Assembly (NCBI GenBank): GCA_004322365.1
Contig: SCTS01000002.1
Location: 12,993-76,992, forward strand
Reading direction: 5' to 3'
Source: Patescibacteria group bacterium
Lineage (GTDB): Bacteria; Patescibacteriota; Minisyncoccia; Phycocordibacterales; Phycocordibacteraceae
Length of the DNA stretch: 64,000 nucleotides
Positions within the stretch are counted from its first letter, which is position 1. Each line of letters begins with the position of its first letter. Of this stretch, positions 19,831-30,201 are shown piece after piece. The notes under the pieces are model-generated. The model saw nothing but the letters and a program-made list of their open reading frames with translations, ran no database searches and had not been told where the DNA came from. A program made the position numbers and the translations under genes.

Positions 19831-21060
19831 TCATACAATTTCAACACTAGGGATAGGGATAATAAATTTGGCACCGCGTGCACGCAATTCTTTTTCTTTT
19901 TCGAGAATGAAGTCACGGTAATTCCACGCAAGCAATAACACGTAGTCCGGCGTCTCGGTCTTTAGTATATCGGGAGAAACGACTGGAATATGACTCCCTG
20001 GTGTAAGGAGTCCAATTTTGTACGGAGTTGTATCAGTAACATACTCAACATCATCTTGAGTAAAGCCACAAAAATTTAAAAGAGTGTTGCCTTTGGCTGG
20101 TGCGCCATAAGCAACCACCTTCTTCTTTTCTCTCTGCATTCCTCGCACGAGCGACACGAGCTTCTCTTTGATTGCCTCTGCGTCTTTCTGGAAATCAGCA
20201 AATCGCGCGAGTGAGTGAAGTCCTGCTTTCTCTTCAAGTGCGAAAAGTTCATGCACAGAATTTTCAATCGGTAATCCGGACGCCTTGCGAGCAAAGACAC
20301 GAATAGACCCACCATGCGTCGGCATGCGTCGCACATCAAAAACTTCCATACCAAACCGACCAAATAAGTGCTGTAGAGGTTTCACGCTGTAATAGCACAG
20401 ATGCTCATGATAAACCGTATCAAATTCCCCATGCTCCACGAGGTCTAGTAAATAGTGCGACTCCGAAACGAATACGCCGTCATCAGTAAGAAGATCTTTT
20501 ACCCCTTGCACAATTTCATCAAGATCGTCTATGTGCGCAAAAACATTGTTCGCGGAAATGACTTTTGCCTTGCCCTTTGTCTCAACTATTTTTTTCGCCA
20601 TTTCAATGGTAAAAAAACCGTCCTCAGTTTCGATTCCTTTTGCACGCGCAGCTTCGGCAACATTCGCCGACGGTTCAATACCGAGCACTCGATTTGTACC
20701 AATGAAATTTTGTAACAAAATGCCATCATTGCTACCAATATCAACAACGAGGTCGTCTGGCGCCACATGTTCACTTTTTAAATCATTCGCATACGAACGA
20801 AAATGGTCAACGAGCGGTTTAGAAGCAGAGGAAAAATACGCATACTCACCGTGAAAAAGTTCGTCTTCCGCAACTACATCGAGAAGTTGAACCAGGTTGC
20901 AGGTACCGCAAAAATACACATCTAAGGGGTATCGTTTTTCGTCTTTGATATGTTCGGCATCAGTAAAATTATCAACTGGCGGATGCTCGCCAAGCGAGAG
21001 AATGCGCGTGAGACTAGAGCCTTTGCACACACGACAGATATCATTACGAAGATGGCTCAT
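19831..21060 (-). CDS. NDP-hexose C-methyltransferase (TylCIII/EryBIII-like; Zn-ribbon + class I MTase + C-terminal C-MT domain)
   Basis: N-terminal CxxC...CxxC (CRVCKG..CGTC), motif I VVDIGSNDG, 409 aa; architecture typical of sugar 3-C-methyltransferases. Confidence 0.6.
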   Translation of the reverse strand: MSHLRNDICRVCKGSSLTRILSLGEHPPVDNFTDAEHIKDEKRYPLDVYFCGTCNLVQLLDVVAEDELFHGEYAYFSSASKPLVDHFRSYANDLKSEHVAPDDLVVDIGSNDGILLQNFIGTNRVLGIEPSANVAEAARAKGIETEDGFFTIEMAKKIVETKGKAKVISANNVFAHIDDLDEIVQGVKDLLTDDGVFVSESHYLLDLVEHGEFDTVYHEHLCYYSVKPLQHLFGRFGMEVFDVRRMPTHGGSIRVFARKASGLPIENSVHELFALEEKAGLHSLARFADFQKDAEAIKEKLVSLVRGMQREKKKVVAYGAPAKGNTLLNFCGFTQDDVEYVTDTTPYKIGLLTPGSHIPVVSPDILKTETPDYVLLLAWNYRDFILEKEKELRARGAKFIIPIPSVEIV

Positions 21061-21084
21061 AGCACGCAGTATACCGAACGACTG

Positions 21085-21918
21085 TTATACCTTCCATTCC
21101 TCGGACACATACTCAGCAAGTGCCTCTTGCCACGGTCGGAGAGCTACCCGTTTTGAGGAAATAGATTCATTTGTTGGAAGCGTTGTGCTGGATGCGAAGT
21201 AACTTCGATCGACGGCACGCACGTGTGCGTCTGGCTTTACGTGGGTAGCCATTGCAGTAGCGAGGTCAAAGCGCGTAGCGGTACCAGCATTTGCAATGTG
21301 AAATATGCCCCGCTCGCCTTTTTCGAGCAGGTCTTTAATCGTTGCAACAAAATCTTTCCCGTATGTTGGCGAACCGTGCACATCGTAGAGAGCGGTGACC
21401 TCTGTGCCCGACCGCAATTGTTTCAGGACTTTTCCGTAAAACTTATTGTCTCGATCAGAACCACCACCAAATACCCACGCGGTGCGAGCGATGATGTACG
21501 ACTCTACAAGTGATGCGACGATGAGCTCGCTCATGTATTTAGTGCGGCCGTAGTGCGTCTGCGGATCTGGCGCGTCATCTTCAGTGTACGGACCTTTTTT
21601 GTGCCCGTCGAAAACACGCGAACTCGAAGCGAGAACCATGGTCGCGCCAACTGATGTGGCAGCTTGCGCCACATTGTACGTACCGCGCACATTAAGCTCG
21701 TAGGCATACAGGGGATCCTGTTCTGTTTTCACCATGTCAGTTGCGCCTGCGAGGTGAATGATCGCGCTTGGATTGTTTTTTTTGACGAACTCCATGACTG
21801 CATCCGCATCAAGAATATCGAGTGTTGTTTGGTCTGGACGATAGCCGAAATCTACATACGAACCGATCATTCCGCCGGCACCAATGGTAAGAACTTTTTC
21901 GAAATCAAAAGAGTTCAT
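21085..21918 (-). CDS. dTDP-4-dehydrorhamnose reductase-like SDR (RmlD-like 4-ketoreductase)
   Basis: Start set at MNSFDFEKVLTIGAGGMIGSYV (glycine-rich NAD motif), YGRTK YxxxK catalytic motif, about 277 aa. The upstream part of the track ORF carries the REP-like motif and is probably untranslated. Confidence 0.5.
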   Translation of the reverse strand: MNSFDFEKVLTIGAGGMIGSYVDFGYRPDQTTLDILDADAVMEFVKKNNPSAIIHLAGATDMVKTEQDPLYAYELNVRGTYNVAQAATSVGATMVLASSSRVFDGHKKGPYTEDDAPDPQTHYGRTKYMSELIVASLVESYIIARTAWVFGGGSDRDNKFYGKVLKQLRSGTEVTALYDVHGSPTYGKDFVATIKDLLEKGERGIFHIANAGTATRFDLATAMATHVKPDAHVRAVDRSYFASSTTLPTNESISSKRVALRPWQEALAEYVSEEWKV

Positions 21919-21940
21919 AGAGATGAAAGGTGTGGGGGGG

Positions 21941-22657
21941 TCATACAGCACGCTTCGCGATCTCATGTGCGACACGGAGTAGAGATTCGAATGTGCCCGC
22001 GTCCGACCACAAACCTTTAATAATTCCGTGGGAGAGTTTTTCTTTCTTGATATAGATGTTGTTGGCGTCCGTAATTTCCAACTCACTTCGCCCTGAAGGC
22101 TTCAGCGTTTTTATGATGGAAAAAATATCGTTGTCATACAGATAAAAACCAGTTTGGGCAAATTTTGATTTTGGTTTCTTTGGTTTTTCTTCAATCTTCA
22201 CTACCCTCTTACCTGCTGTATCAAACACGGGCACACCAAAACGGTGTGAGTCATTCATTGCCTTAAAAAATACTTTCGCGCCACCATTGAAAGAGGCAAC
22301 ATCTTTTGCAAAATCTTGTTCAAATATATTGTCACCCAGAATGACAGCAATCGGCCCTCCGTCGGAGAAATCTTCCGCGTAGCGTAGCGCGTCGGCGATA
22401 CCTCCGTTGTTTTTGTCTTGCAACGCATACGAGAGCTTGACACCGAACTCTCTGCCCGAGCCGAGGAATTGCATAAAGTGGCCCGCATGCTCGCGTCCAG
22501 TTACTATCATGATATCGGTAACGCCTGAACGCTGCAGCGTCTCCAGAGGGTAGAGAATCATTGGTTTGTTGTATACAGGAAGAAGGTGCTTATTTGTAAT
22601 AAGCGTCAAGGGGCGCAAGCGTGTACCGAGTCCTCCTGCAAGAATAACGCCTTTCAT
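21941..22657 (-). CDS. Sugar-1-phosphate nucleotidyltransferase, short-form glucose-1-phosphate thymidylyl/uridylyltransferase (RmlA-like)
   Basis: MKGVILAGGLGTRLRPLT signature, 238 aa. Confidence 0.7.
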   Translation of the reverse strand: MKGVILAGGLGTRLRPLTLITNKHLLPVYNKPMILYPLETLQRSGVTDIMIVTGREHAGHFMQFLGSGREFGVKLSYALQDKNNGGIADALRYAEDFSDGGPIAVILGDNIFEQDFAKDVASFNGGAKVFFKAMNDSHRFGVPVFDTAGKRVVKIEEKPKKPKSKFAQTGFYLYDNDIFSIIKTLKPSGRSELEITDANNIYIKKEKLSHGIIKGLWSDAGTFESLLRVAHEIAKRAV

Positions 22658-22658
22658 A

Positions 22659-23735
22659 CTATTTTTTATTTTTGTGCCCTTCCCACAAATCTATGTGCGG
22701 GTTGAATACACCAGTCTTACGGCGAACCCTCTCTATCCACTTCCTATTTTGAGTGTACCACTTTACCGTATCAGCAAAAGCCTGGTCAAAGAGGTACTCT
22801 GGTTTCCAGCCAAAGTCTTTCATAATGAGCGACGCGTCAATGGCATACCTACGGTCGTGCCCCGGCCTTTCGGCAACAAATTCAATCATGTCTTTACCTT
22901 TACCAAAATATTTCAAGATACGATCAGCGATTTCACGGTTATTCATCTCATTGTCCGCGCCAATGTTATACACCGTTCCTGGTTTTCCATTAAGGAGGCA
23001 TAGCTCCAGCGCCTTGCAGTGATCCAATACATACACCCAGTCACGCACATGATTACCATCACCATACAAAGGAAGTGTCTTTCCTTCAAGCATACGGAGT
23101 ACAAAAAATGGAATGAGTTTTTCTGGATACTGGCGCGGGCCGTAGTTATTAGAACAGTGCGTTACGACAACTGGCACGCCCCATGTATTGTGATAGGCAC
23201 GACACAGCATATCGCCTCCGGCTTTCGTCGCAGCATACGGCACATTCGGCGCAAACGCCGTATGCTCAGAAAACTTATCTTCAGAATCCAGCGCAAGCGA
23301 ACCATACACCTCGTCAGTAGAAACCTGTACAAACGATTGCACCGTACCTCCCACCTTGACGGCTTCAAGTAAATTGAACACACCAACGATGTTGGTATTG
23401 ATAAATTCCAGTGAGCCAACATGGATACTGCGATCAACATGCGTCTCGGCTGCGAAATTTATGACATAGTCGGGTTGATATTTCTTAAATACAGCAGTGA
23501 CTTTCTTTTGGTCAGCTATGTCACCGCGCACAAATGTATAGCGTGCATCTTTTACAAAATCTCGCACATTGTCCGTATTGCCGGAATAGGTAAGCTTATC
23601 AAAATTGATGATGCGCACCTTGGGATATTTCTCAAAGATATGATGAATGAAGTTCGAGCCAATGAATCCCGCTCCACCGCATACTAATAGCACCTTGCCA
23701 TTTAGGGAACGTTTCGCACTCTGTTTCGTTGACAT
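22659..23735 (-). CDS. rmlB: dTDP-glucose 4,6-dehydratase
   Basis: VCGGAGFIGSNF, YAATKAG (YxxxK), NNYGPRQYPEKLIP: hallmark RmlB motifs; 358 aa. Confidence 0.8.
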   Translation of the reverse strand: MSTKQSAKRSLNGKVLLVCGGAGFIGSNFIHHIFEKYPKVRIINFDKLTYSGNTDNVRDFVKDARYTFVRGDIADQKKVTAVFKKYQPDYVINFAAETHVDRSIHVGSLEFINTNIVGVFNLLEAVKVGGTVQSFVQVSTDEVYGSLALDSEDKFSEHTAFAPNVPYAATKAGGDMLCRAYHNTWGVPVVVTHCSNNYGPRQYPEKLIPFFVLRMLEGKTLPLYGDGNHVRDWVYVLDHCKALELCLLNGKPGTVYNIGADNEMNNREIADRILKYFGKGKDMIEFVAERPGHDRRYAIDASLIMKDFGWKPEYLFDQAFADTVKWYTQNRKWIERVRRKTGVFNPHIDLWEGHKNKK

Positions 23736-23785
23736 GAAAACATTTTTACACTAACACTGGATTCTTCACTTTACAATTCCGTGAC

Positions 23786-24553
23786 CTACAGTGTATCCTC
23801 CCAAACCTTATGCGTGAGTGTCCTCCCGCCGTATGTACCTGCCTTAATTTGTTCTACGGCTTTCGCTTCAGCAGCATTTCGTGCCTGCATACCTGGATCG
23901 TTTGCAAGCGTTACTTCAAAAAAGCGCTTAAATTTGTTGCTTTTTGTTGAGAGGATTTTGGTGGTATCAAGAAACTGCACTGTAAGTGCGTTACTCTTAA
24001 TGGCTCTCACAAACTCCGAGAGGAGTTCCCTTTCTTCATCGCTATCGGCAAAGTCCTCGATGTGATTGAAGAGCGCCATCGCGCGCGGCACATGCCATTC
24101 TGCCAATACAAATACTAGGTTATGCCACGAACGCTCTTTCCAAAATCGAGCGGCTTCTTTGTATTCGGTAATCGTGTCGACGGAAACTTCTTCGAGTAAG
24201 ATCTGTTTTTCGTTGACACCTTTTCCCATCAGTTCATCCTTAATGAGAGATGCGTATGTGGGCTTGTTTTCATCTCGCGACTTGCTCATTGCAACCAAAT
24301 ACGCTTCGGGATACGCTCCATTCATTTCAACAGTGGCAAGCACCCGATCTCTGCCACCAGCAGGAAGTGCCGTCCCTAAGACGCGTGCACTGTTTTCGTC
24401 ACCAACGCCAAACGAGCTGGTCACATATTTTCCCTTTGCCTCGTTCCACCTCATGTTTCCAGTGAGCACGAAGAATGCATCAGGGACACCTTCTACAAGA
24501 TGCCGTAATGCTTCTTTTGTTTTTTCACTTGAGTACCTCCGGCGTTCACTCAT
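23786..24553 (-). CDS. DUF218-domain protein (YdcF/ElyC/SanA family)
   Basis: FFVLTGN and VFVLAEWHVPRA resemble the conserved VTSxxHMxRA motif of DUF218; 255 aa. Confidence 0.4.
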   Translation of the reverse strand: MSERRRYSSEKTKEALRHLVEGVPDAFFVLTGNMRWNEAKGKYVTSSFGVGDENSARVLGTALPAGGRDRVLATVEMNGAYPEAYLVAMSKSRDENKPTYASLIKDELMGKGVNEKQILLEEVSVDTITEYKEAARFWKERSWHNLVFVLAEWHVPRAMALFNHIEDFADSDEERELLSEFVRAIKSNALTVQFLDTTKILSTKSNKFKRFFEVTLANDPGMQARNAAEAKAVEQIKAGTYGGRTLTHKVWEDTL

Positions 24554-25479
24554 ACCTCCTCCTGCACTATGTAAATTGGGCGTTTTTTAGTCTCTTCAAA
24601 TGTCTTGCCGAGGTAGAGTGCAATAATACCGAGCATTACCGACAAAAAACCGAAGATAAGCCAGAGTGAGCCCATGAGTAAACCAAACGACTGAGTAGAG
24701 CCGACAAGGAATCCTTGTACCACTGCAACTGCAAGATACCCACCTGCAAATAAAACAACAAGAACTCCTACTTTTATAATCAGGTGGAGTGGTTTTTCTG
24801 AATAGGCAAGAATGATATCCGTAGCGAGACTAAAAAGTTTTACGAGTGAGTATCCAGATTTGCCACCTTTCCGTGACGCATGTTCCACTGGCACGGTTGC
24901 GGTGCGGAAGCCTACCCACCGAACCATAACGGAGAAATATCGCATGTGATCTTGCAGAGAGAGAATTGCATCGATGACCTTCCGATGGTACAGCCCGAAA
25001 TTCGTGAGCGTACGGTTATGGCGACGCCCAGTGAGATAATTAAGAGTGGAATAAAATCCCCACGACACCAAAGACCGGAGCGGGCTGTCATGCCGTTTCT
25101 GCCGTGATCCAACGACGACGAAAAACCCTTCTTGGGCTTTCTGATACATCTTTTCAATTTCTTCCGGCTGATCTTGCAAATCGCAGTCCATAACAACCAC
25201 CCACTCGCCACGACTTGCTGAAAGTCCAGCAGTAATTGCCGGATACTGGCCAAAGTTGCGCGAAAGATTGAGTCCGCGGACTCGCGTATCGAGCACTGCC
25301 AACCCTTGTATCACCTGCCATGCACTATCGGGACTGGCGTCATTTACAAAAATTATCTCGAAATGCGGAGTGATTTTTTTGAGCGTTTCAAGGGTACGCC
25401 GATACAGCTCATCCAGTACCTCTGCAGAACCATACACGGGAACCACTACCGATATTTCAGACTGCACGCTCTGATCCAT
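24550..25479 (-). CDS. GT2 polyprenyl-phosphate glycosyltransferase (GtrB / DPM1 / ArnC-like) with C-terminal TM helices
   Basis: ISVVVPVYGSAEVL...EIIFVNDASPD...VVVMDCDLQD (DxD) and two C-terminal TM helices; 309 aa. Confidence 0.7.
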   Translation of the reverse strand: MDQSVQSEISVVVPVYGSAEVLDELYRRTLETLKKITPHFEIIFVNDASPDSAWQVIQGLAVLDTRVRGLNLSRNFGQYPAITAGLSASRGEWVVVMDCDLQDQPEEIEKMYQKAQEGFFVVVGSRQKRHDSPLRSLVSWGFYSTLNYLTGRRHNRTLTNFGLYHRKVIDAILSLQDHMRYFSVMVRWVGFRTATVPVEHASRKGGKSGYSLVKLFSLATDIILAYSEKPLHLIIKVGVLVVLFAGGYLAVAVVQGFLVGSTQSFGLLMGSLWLIFGFLSVMLGIIALYLGKTFEETKKRPIYIVQEEV

Positions 25480-25580
25480 ATGAAGCCTATAGTACTATCT
25501 TTGGCAAATTTAAAAAGGTTGCCCTTGTAGTGAGCCTCGGCTCATTGTGTACACTGAAACGAAGCACGCCTAATAAACAA

Positions 25581-26681
25581 TCAATCAGAGTATGCCTCAA
25601 CGATATGCTCAGCGCGCCGTTTCCATGAATATTCTGCTACACGCACCAATGCATTTGTAGCGCGAACGCTACCCTCTGCGAGCGCGCATCGAATGCCTTC
25701 CGCAAGCGCCACGGCATCGTCAGGTGGCACCAAGAATGCTGTATGTTCATCCAAAATTTCGCGAATACTTGGCAAATCACTCGCAACAACTGGAATGCCA
25801 CTTGTCATATAGGCGAAAAGTTTCAGTGGAGATGTGAACCGTGTTGAGATTTCGTCGGTACCAGTATTTGGAAGAACCAACACATCAGCCGCCGCCATAT
25901 TGTCTGCAAGCTCTTTGTACGGACGAAAACCAAGGAATCGTACATTTGGATAGCGTAGAGATAACTGCGCCACTTGTTCGGGCTCACCACCAATAACCGC
26001 AAGCACAATATTATTTGGCAGATTCTTTGATGCCTCTAGAAGCGTGGCGACCCCTTTCCAACCATCAAGTCGTCCGATATACATTGCTATGGTTGCATCG
26101 AGAGGAAGATTGAGACGCATGCGAGCGGCGTCTTTCGATTGCGAGTGTGCGAACTGCTCTATGTCAACGCCGTCGTGTGCAACTGAAATTTTTTCTGCAG
26201 GAACACCTTTTTCGATATAAAAATCTTTTAGCCCTTGCGATATAACAACAATACGTTTTGCCCGTCGTGCCACCGTACGCGCCACTCTGTTCCAAGACCC
26301 CGTGTGTGACTCCCACACATACGGAAAAGGCAGATGCACAAGAACCAGTTCGTCTCTGCCATAAAGCATCCCAAAGGTTTTTCCACGAATATACCGCCGA
26401 ACGGCGAATGCAAAAAGAAATGACTCTAAAAGAAATCCTATTCTTCCGTATCGAACGGTATCCCATACAGAAAGCCGTCGTAGTGGAAATTGTGTTTTCA
26501 GTCCGTAATATGAAAAAGTATCTTCCACAATATCCGTCTTTCTGTTTGGAACGACAAGTTCAACATCATGACCAAGTGCAGTGAATGCTTCGCATGTTTT
26601 CATAATCTGCACACCATGCGCCTTCTCGGTCGGCAAGCGTATGTTTGCGATATAACAGATAGAGAGTTTCTTATGCGACAT
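25581..26681 (-). CDS. GT4-family glycosyltransferase
   Basis: Start set at MSHKKLSICYIAN; C-terminal GT-B motif; overlaps the upstream gene by about 11 nt. Confidence 0.6.
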   Translation of the reverse strand: MSHKKLSICYIANIRLPTEKAHGVQIMKTCEAFTALGHDVELVVPNRKTDIVEDTFSYYGLKTQFPLRRLSVWDTVRYGRIGFLLESFLFAFAVRRYIRGKTFGMLYGRDELVLVHLPFPYVWESHTGSWNRVARTVARRAKRIVVISQGLKDFYIEKGVPAEKISVAHDGVDIEQFAHSQSKDAARMRLNLPLDATIAMYIGRLDGWKGVATLLEASKNLPNNIVLAVIGGEPEQVAQLSLRYPNVRFLGFRPYKELADNMAAADVLVLPNTGTDEISTRFTSPLKLFAYMTSGIPVVASDLPSIREILDEHTAFLVPPDDAVALAEGIRCALAEGSVRATNALVRVAEYSWKRRAEHIVEAYSD

Positions 26682-27591
26682 AGGCTTCAATAATGCGTGG
26701 AATAAGACTCTGGAGCGAATGATGTTCGCGAATGTACGAGGGAGAAAGTGGAAGCCCGTTGATTGCAGGGTCAGTGGAATCGACCAGGCAACCACAGGCG
26801 GCGGCCTCCAAAACCACTTTGTCCAAAGAGCCAGTTTCACTGCGGTGGATAAGCTTTGTGGCAATGCGGTATTCGTCGCGAAGCCCTAATTGCGTGAGTC
26901 CACCTAGAAAAGTAACCTGAACACCGAGCTCACGCGCGAGCGCCGTAAGGCGCTCGCGCTCAACACCCTCTCCTGCTATACGGAGGGCGACGCCTGCATC
27001 TTTTGCCACGCGAATTGCAAGGTCGTGACGTTTGGTGGGCATAAGACGCCCAACGGAAAGAAGATGATTCCCGCGGGACACCTTCTCATCTGGAGCGAAA
27101 AATTCGGTATCAATACCGTGACCCATGACTTGCAGTTTTTTAGATGGCAGTCGAAAACTTTCCTTTGAGGCAGTGAAAATAACATCCACAAAAAGCTCAG
27201 CGACACGCAGTTTTAAATCTACCGATTTGTGCGTATACCACAAACCTATTGATTTTTTCCACGATTTCCAAAATAATCCACCAAGAATCACATACTCCGG
27301 ATTCATGTGAACGAGTACGGTGTCATAGTTTTTTCGCAATTTCCAAATCAGATATAAAAACCGAACCGAATACCCTATCCGCTTCAACAAACCACTATCA
27401 TATATGATAGTGGTTTGTTCTTTGCCCAGAGAATGAACACGAACATTTGATGGAAGATTATGTTTCCCCTCTTTTAAACAAATCACCTCTATACTCTCCA
27501 CATGCTTTGAAAATTCTTCAATCCAACGATGAAAAAATCCTAAGATGGCATCATCCCTATCAACGATTTGTGTAACGAGAAGGAGCTTCAC
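26671..27591 (-). CDS. GT-B fold glycosyltransferase (GT4-like)
   Basis: 306 aa; MKLLLVTQIVD N-terminus and GT-B C-terminal half with E-x7-E-like region (VVLEAAACGCLV). Confidence 0.5.
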   Translation of the reverse strand: MKLLLVTQIVDRDDAILGFFHRWIEEFSKHVESIEVICLKEGKHNLPSNVRVHSLGKEQTTIIYDSGLLKRIGYSVRFLYLIWKLRKNYDTVLVHMNPEYVILGGLFWKSWKKSIGLWYTHKSVDLKLRVAELFVDVIFTASKESFRLPSKKLQVMGHGIDTEFFAPDEKVSRGNHLLSVGRLMPTKRHDLAIRVAKDAGVALRIAGEGVERERLTALARELGVQVTFLGGLTQLGLRDEYRIATKLIHRSETGSLDKVVLEAAACGCLVDSTDPAINGLPLSPSYIREHHSLQSLIPRIIEAYVA

Positions 27592-28109
27592 GAAAGTTCG
27601 TTGAAAGAGTGAATAACTGTATGAGTACCTGCCCCCGCCTTTCCATCACGACGCATTTCATAAAGTTGAACCTGAGGACAATGTAGAGCTACTGAATCAA
27701 GTTCGCTAATTTTATCATCAATGAAAATCAATGGCTCTTGATATGAAGTAAGCATACGGGCAATAAAAGTACCCTTCCTCTCATCGCCATTATAAAAGAT
27801 AGGAAAAGAGGGGTCGTCGTGAAATACACTTTCCAATTTTGCTTTTTGAAGTTCGACATTTCCCGCAGTAACTATTGCAGAATTGTCGTGATTCTTTCTC
27901 AAAAAATCATTAGCGTCTGCATACATAAAACGATCTAATTCCCCTGGAGCAAACACAAGCAGTCCTTTTGCTGTCAGAGAATTTAACTCAGTCGCCATTT
28001 CAACTTCAGAGAGAGAAAGAAGTCCACCAAGGTTGTCCCTCTCCAAAATGTAAGCCAGAAAAGCTGAAGTATCAAAAAGCGTTCTGTCGAAATCGAGAAA
28101 ATAGGTCAT
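27588..28109 (-). CDS. HAD-superfamily hydrolase/phosphatase
   Basis: FLDFDRTLFDT = HAD motif I (DxDxT); 173 aa. Confidence 0.5.
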   Translation of the reverse strand: MTYFLDFDRTLFDTSAFLAYILERDNLGGLLSLSEVEMATELNSLTAKGLLVFAPGELDRFMYADANDFLRKNHDNSAIVTAGNVELQKAKLESVFHDDPSFPIFYNGDERKGTFIARMLTSYQEPLIFIDDKISELDSVALHCPQVQLYEMRRDGKAGAGTHTVIHSFNELS

Positions 28110-29209
28110 AGAAGCGACTGAATTACATCAGCTATTTTTTTCGGATCATGACGAATGAGGCTCCGTTCAATAGCGTCGCCTTCAATCTTGTGAAGTGGCA
28201 CTACATCAGCAAATGTACCGCGAACTACACGCGAATCATTACCAAGATCATCAACCACAGGAAATGCATTTTTCTTTTCATAGTATTCCAAAATATCAGC
28301 CGGAATAGCACCGACATGCATGATTATGTGATCAGGCTTTCTTCCTGCATACGCCTCAATCTCTGCAACATGCTTTGATGCACTGTATCCACTTGTTTCA
28401 GAAGCAGTACTAAAAATATTGACGAAATAAATAAGACACGCATTTGATTGCCTGACAGCTTCCTTAAGTCCCGGTACAGCAAAGTTTGCCAAAGTCGATG
28501 TATAGAGATCTCCAGGACCTAAAATAATAAAATCGGCTGAACCAACAGCAAGCTCTGCTTGATCAGCGAGCGAAATCTTCTCCGAAACACTAAGTCCTAC
28601 AATTGCAGGGCCCCCTGGTGGACGAGCATTGATAGCGTGCTGACCAACAATCCTCTCACCACCCTCAAGCTCTGCTACTAAGGTTGCTGGGAAATCAGAC
28701 ACGGGCACCACATACCCACGAACACGAAGAATTTCCGAAACAGCACGAATGGCTGCACCGTCAGATCCAAGTTTGTCAGTGAGTGCAGTAAGTAAAAGAT
28801 TACCAAGGTTGTGTCCAGCAATATCCCCTTTTGAAAATCGGTAGGTAAAAATATCTCGAAGCATCGTTCCGTCTTTTGCAAGAGCAACAAGCGCTTGTCT
28901 GGCATCTCCCAAAGGAAGAAAACCGTACGAATCGCGCAAACGACCCGTTGAGCCACCATCATCCGCTACAGAAACCACAGCAGACAGAGAAACGCCCGGT
29001 AAAGACTTCAAAGCTGAAAGCACAACGAATGTCCCCGTGCCTCCACCAATAGTGACAACGCGTTTAGCGTTTGTTACAAAGCGATGCCCAGACACGAATG
29101 CATTGCGCACAGCATGAGCACGACTCTCTGGAGTACGGGCAGGGCCGAAAATCGCCTTAAAGTGCGTTTTGATACTCCGAGAGATGTTGATGTGAGGCTT
29201 CTTGTTCAT
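28106..29209 (-). CDS. YvcK/CofD-family protein (UPF0052; gluconeogenesis-factor / 2-phospho-L-lactate-transferase fold), paralog 1
   Basis: VVTIGGGTGTFVVLSALK and VVSVADDGGSTGRLR signatures. Confidence 0.7.
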   Translation of the reverse strand: MNKKPHINISRSIKTHFKAIFGPARTPESRAHAVRNAFVSGHRFVTNAKRVVTIGGGTGTFVVLSALKSLPGVSLSAVVSVADDGGSTGRLRDSYGFLPLGDARQALVALAKDGTMLRDIFTYRFSKGDIAGHNLGNLLLTALTDKLGSDGAAIRAVSEILRVRGYVVPVSDFPATLVAELEGGERIVGQHAINARPPGGPAIVGLSVSEKISLADQAELAVGSADFIILGPGDLYTSTLANFAVPGLKEAVRQSNACLIYFVNIFSTASETSGYSASKHVAEIEAYAGRKPDHIIMHVGAIPADILEYYEKKNAFPVVDDLGNDSRVVRGTFADVVPLHKIEGDAIERSLIRHDPKKIADVIQSLL

Positions 29210-30189
29210 AGTAGTTTACGAATAGCTGTAGCAATCTTCATTGAATCATGGCGAATGAAGCTTCTCGGAACCGTATCACCCGCAACCTTTTCAGCCACAA
29301 TCACATCAGCAAATGATCCGCGAATTATTGACGCATCCTGCGGTAAATCATCCACAATAGGAAATTCATTCTCTTTCTTATAAAGCTCCAAGACATCATC
29401 AGGAAATGCGCCAACATGCATGATAATCGTATCGGGTCGTCTTCCTACATACCTCGTTATCTCTTCAATATGATGTGATGCAGTGTAATTGTCTGTCTGT
29501 CCTGCTTTCGTAAATAAATTCACAATGTATACAAGGTGCGCCTTTGCCCCCGTGACAGCTTCAGTAAGACCTGAAACAGTAAAATTTGCTACAGTTGAAG
29601 TAAATAAATCTCCAGGTCCTAAAATAAGTACATCGGCTTCGGCAACTGCCTCGAGTGCATCTGGTGAAACTGCGACAGATTCTTTTGTCTCAAGCGAAAC
29701 TATTGGTGATCGTCCTGATATTCTCTCATCAATGAGATGTTCGCCAGTAATTTTTTCTCCATTCTCAAGATGAGCAACGAGAGTTGCGGGTCGATCTGAA
29801 ACTGGCACCACACGCCCATCAACACGAAGTATCTTCGATGCAGCTTCTATAGCAAGAGCATCTGACCCAAGAATGTCAGTAAGTGCAATCAAAAAAAGAT
29901 TTCCAAAATTATGTCCGTTGATATCGCCTTTTGGGAATCGGTAATCAAACAAAGAGCGCATGAGTGGAGCGCCCGTATCATCAGCAAGAGCAATCAACGC
30001 TTGTCTTGCATCTCCTAACGGAAGAAAACCATACCCATCACGAAGACGGCCAGTAGAACCTCCATCATCAGCAACTGAAACTATTGCTTTCAGACACACA
30101 CCTTCGACATGCTTCAAGCCTGACAAAACAACAAAAGTGCCAGTGCCGCCACCAATAGTCACAATATTCTTTCGAGGTAAATCTCCCAT
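29206..30189 (-). CDS. YvcK/CofD-family protein, paralog 2 (tandem duplicate)
   Basis: IVTIGGGTGTFVVLSGLK and IVSVADDGGSTGRLRDGYGFLPLGDARQAL; collinear with the upstream paralog along the whole length. Confidence 0.7.
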   Translation of the reverse strand: MGDLPRKNIVTIGGGTGTFVVLSGLKHVEGVCLKAIVSVADDGGSTGRLRDGYGFLPLGDARQALIALADDTGAPLMRSLFDYRFPKGDINGHNFGNLFLIALTDILGSDALAIEAASKILRVDGRVVPVSDRPATLVAHLENGEKITGEHLIDERISGRSPIVSLETKESVAVSPDALEAVAEADVLILGPGDLFTSTVANFTVSGLTEAVTGAKAHLVYIVNLFTKAGQTDNYTASHHIEEITRYVGRRPDTIIMHVGAFPDDVLELYKKENEFPIVDDLPQDASIIRGSFADVIVAEKVAGDTVPRSFIRHDSMKIATAIRKLL

Positions 30190-30201
30190 AGTGAAATACT
30201 T

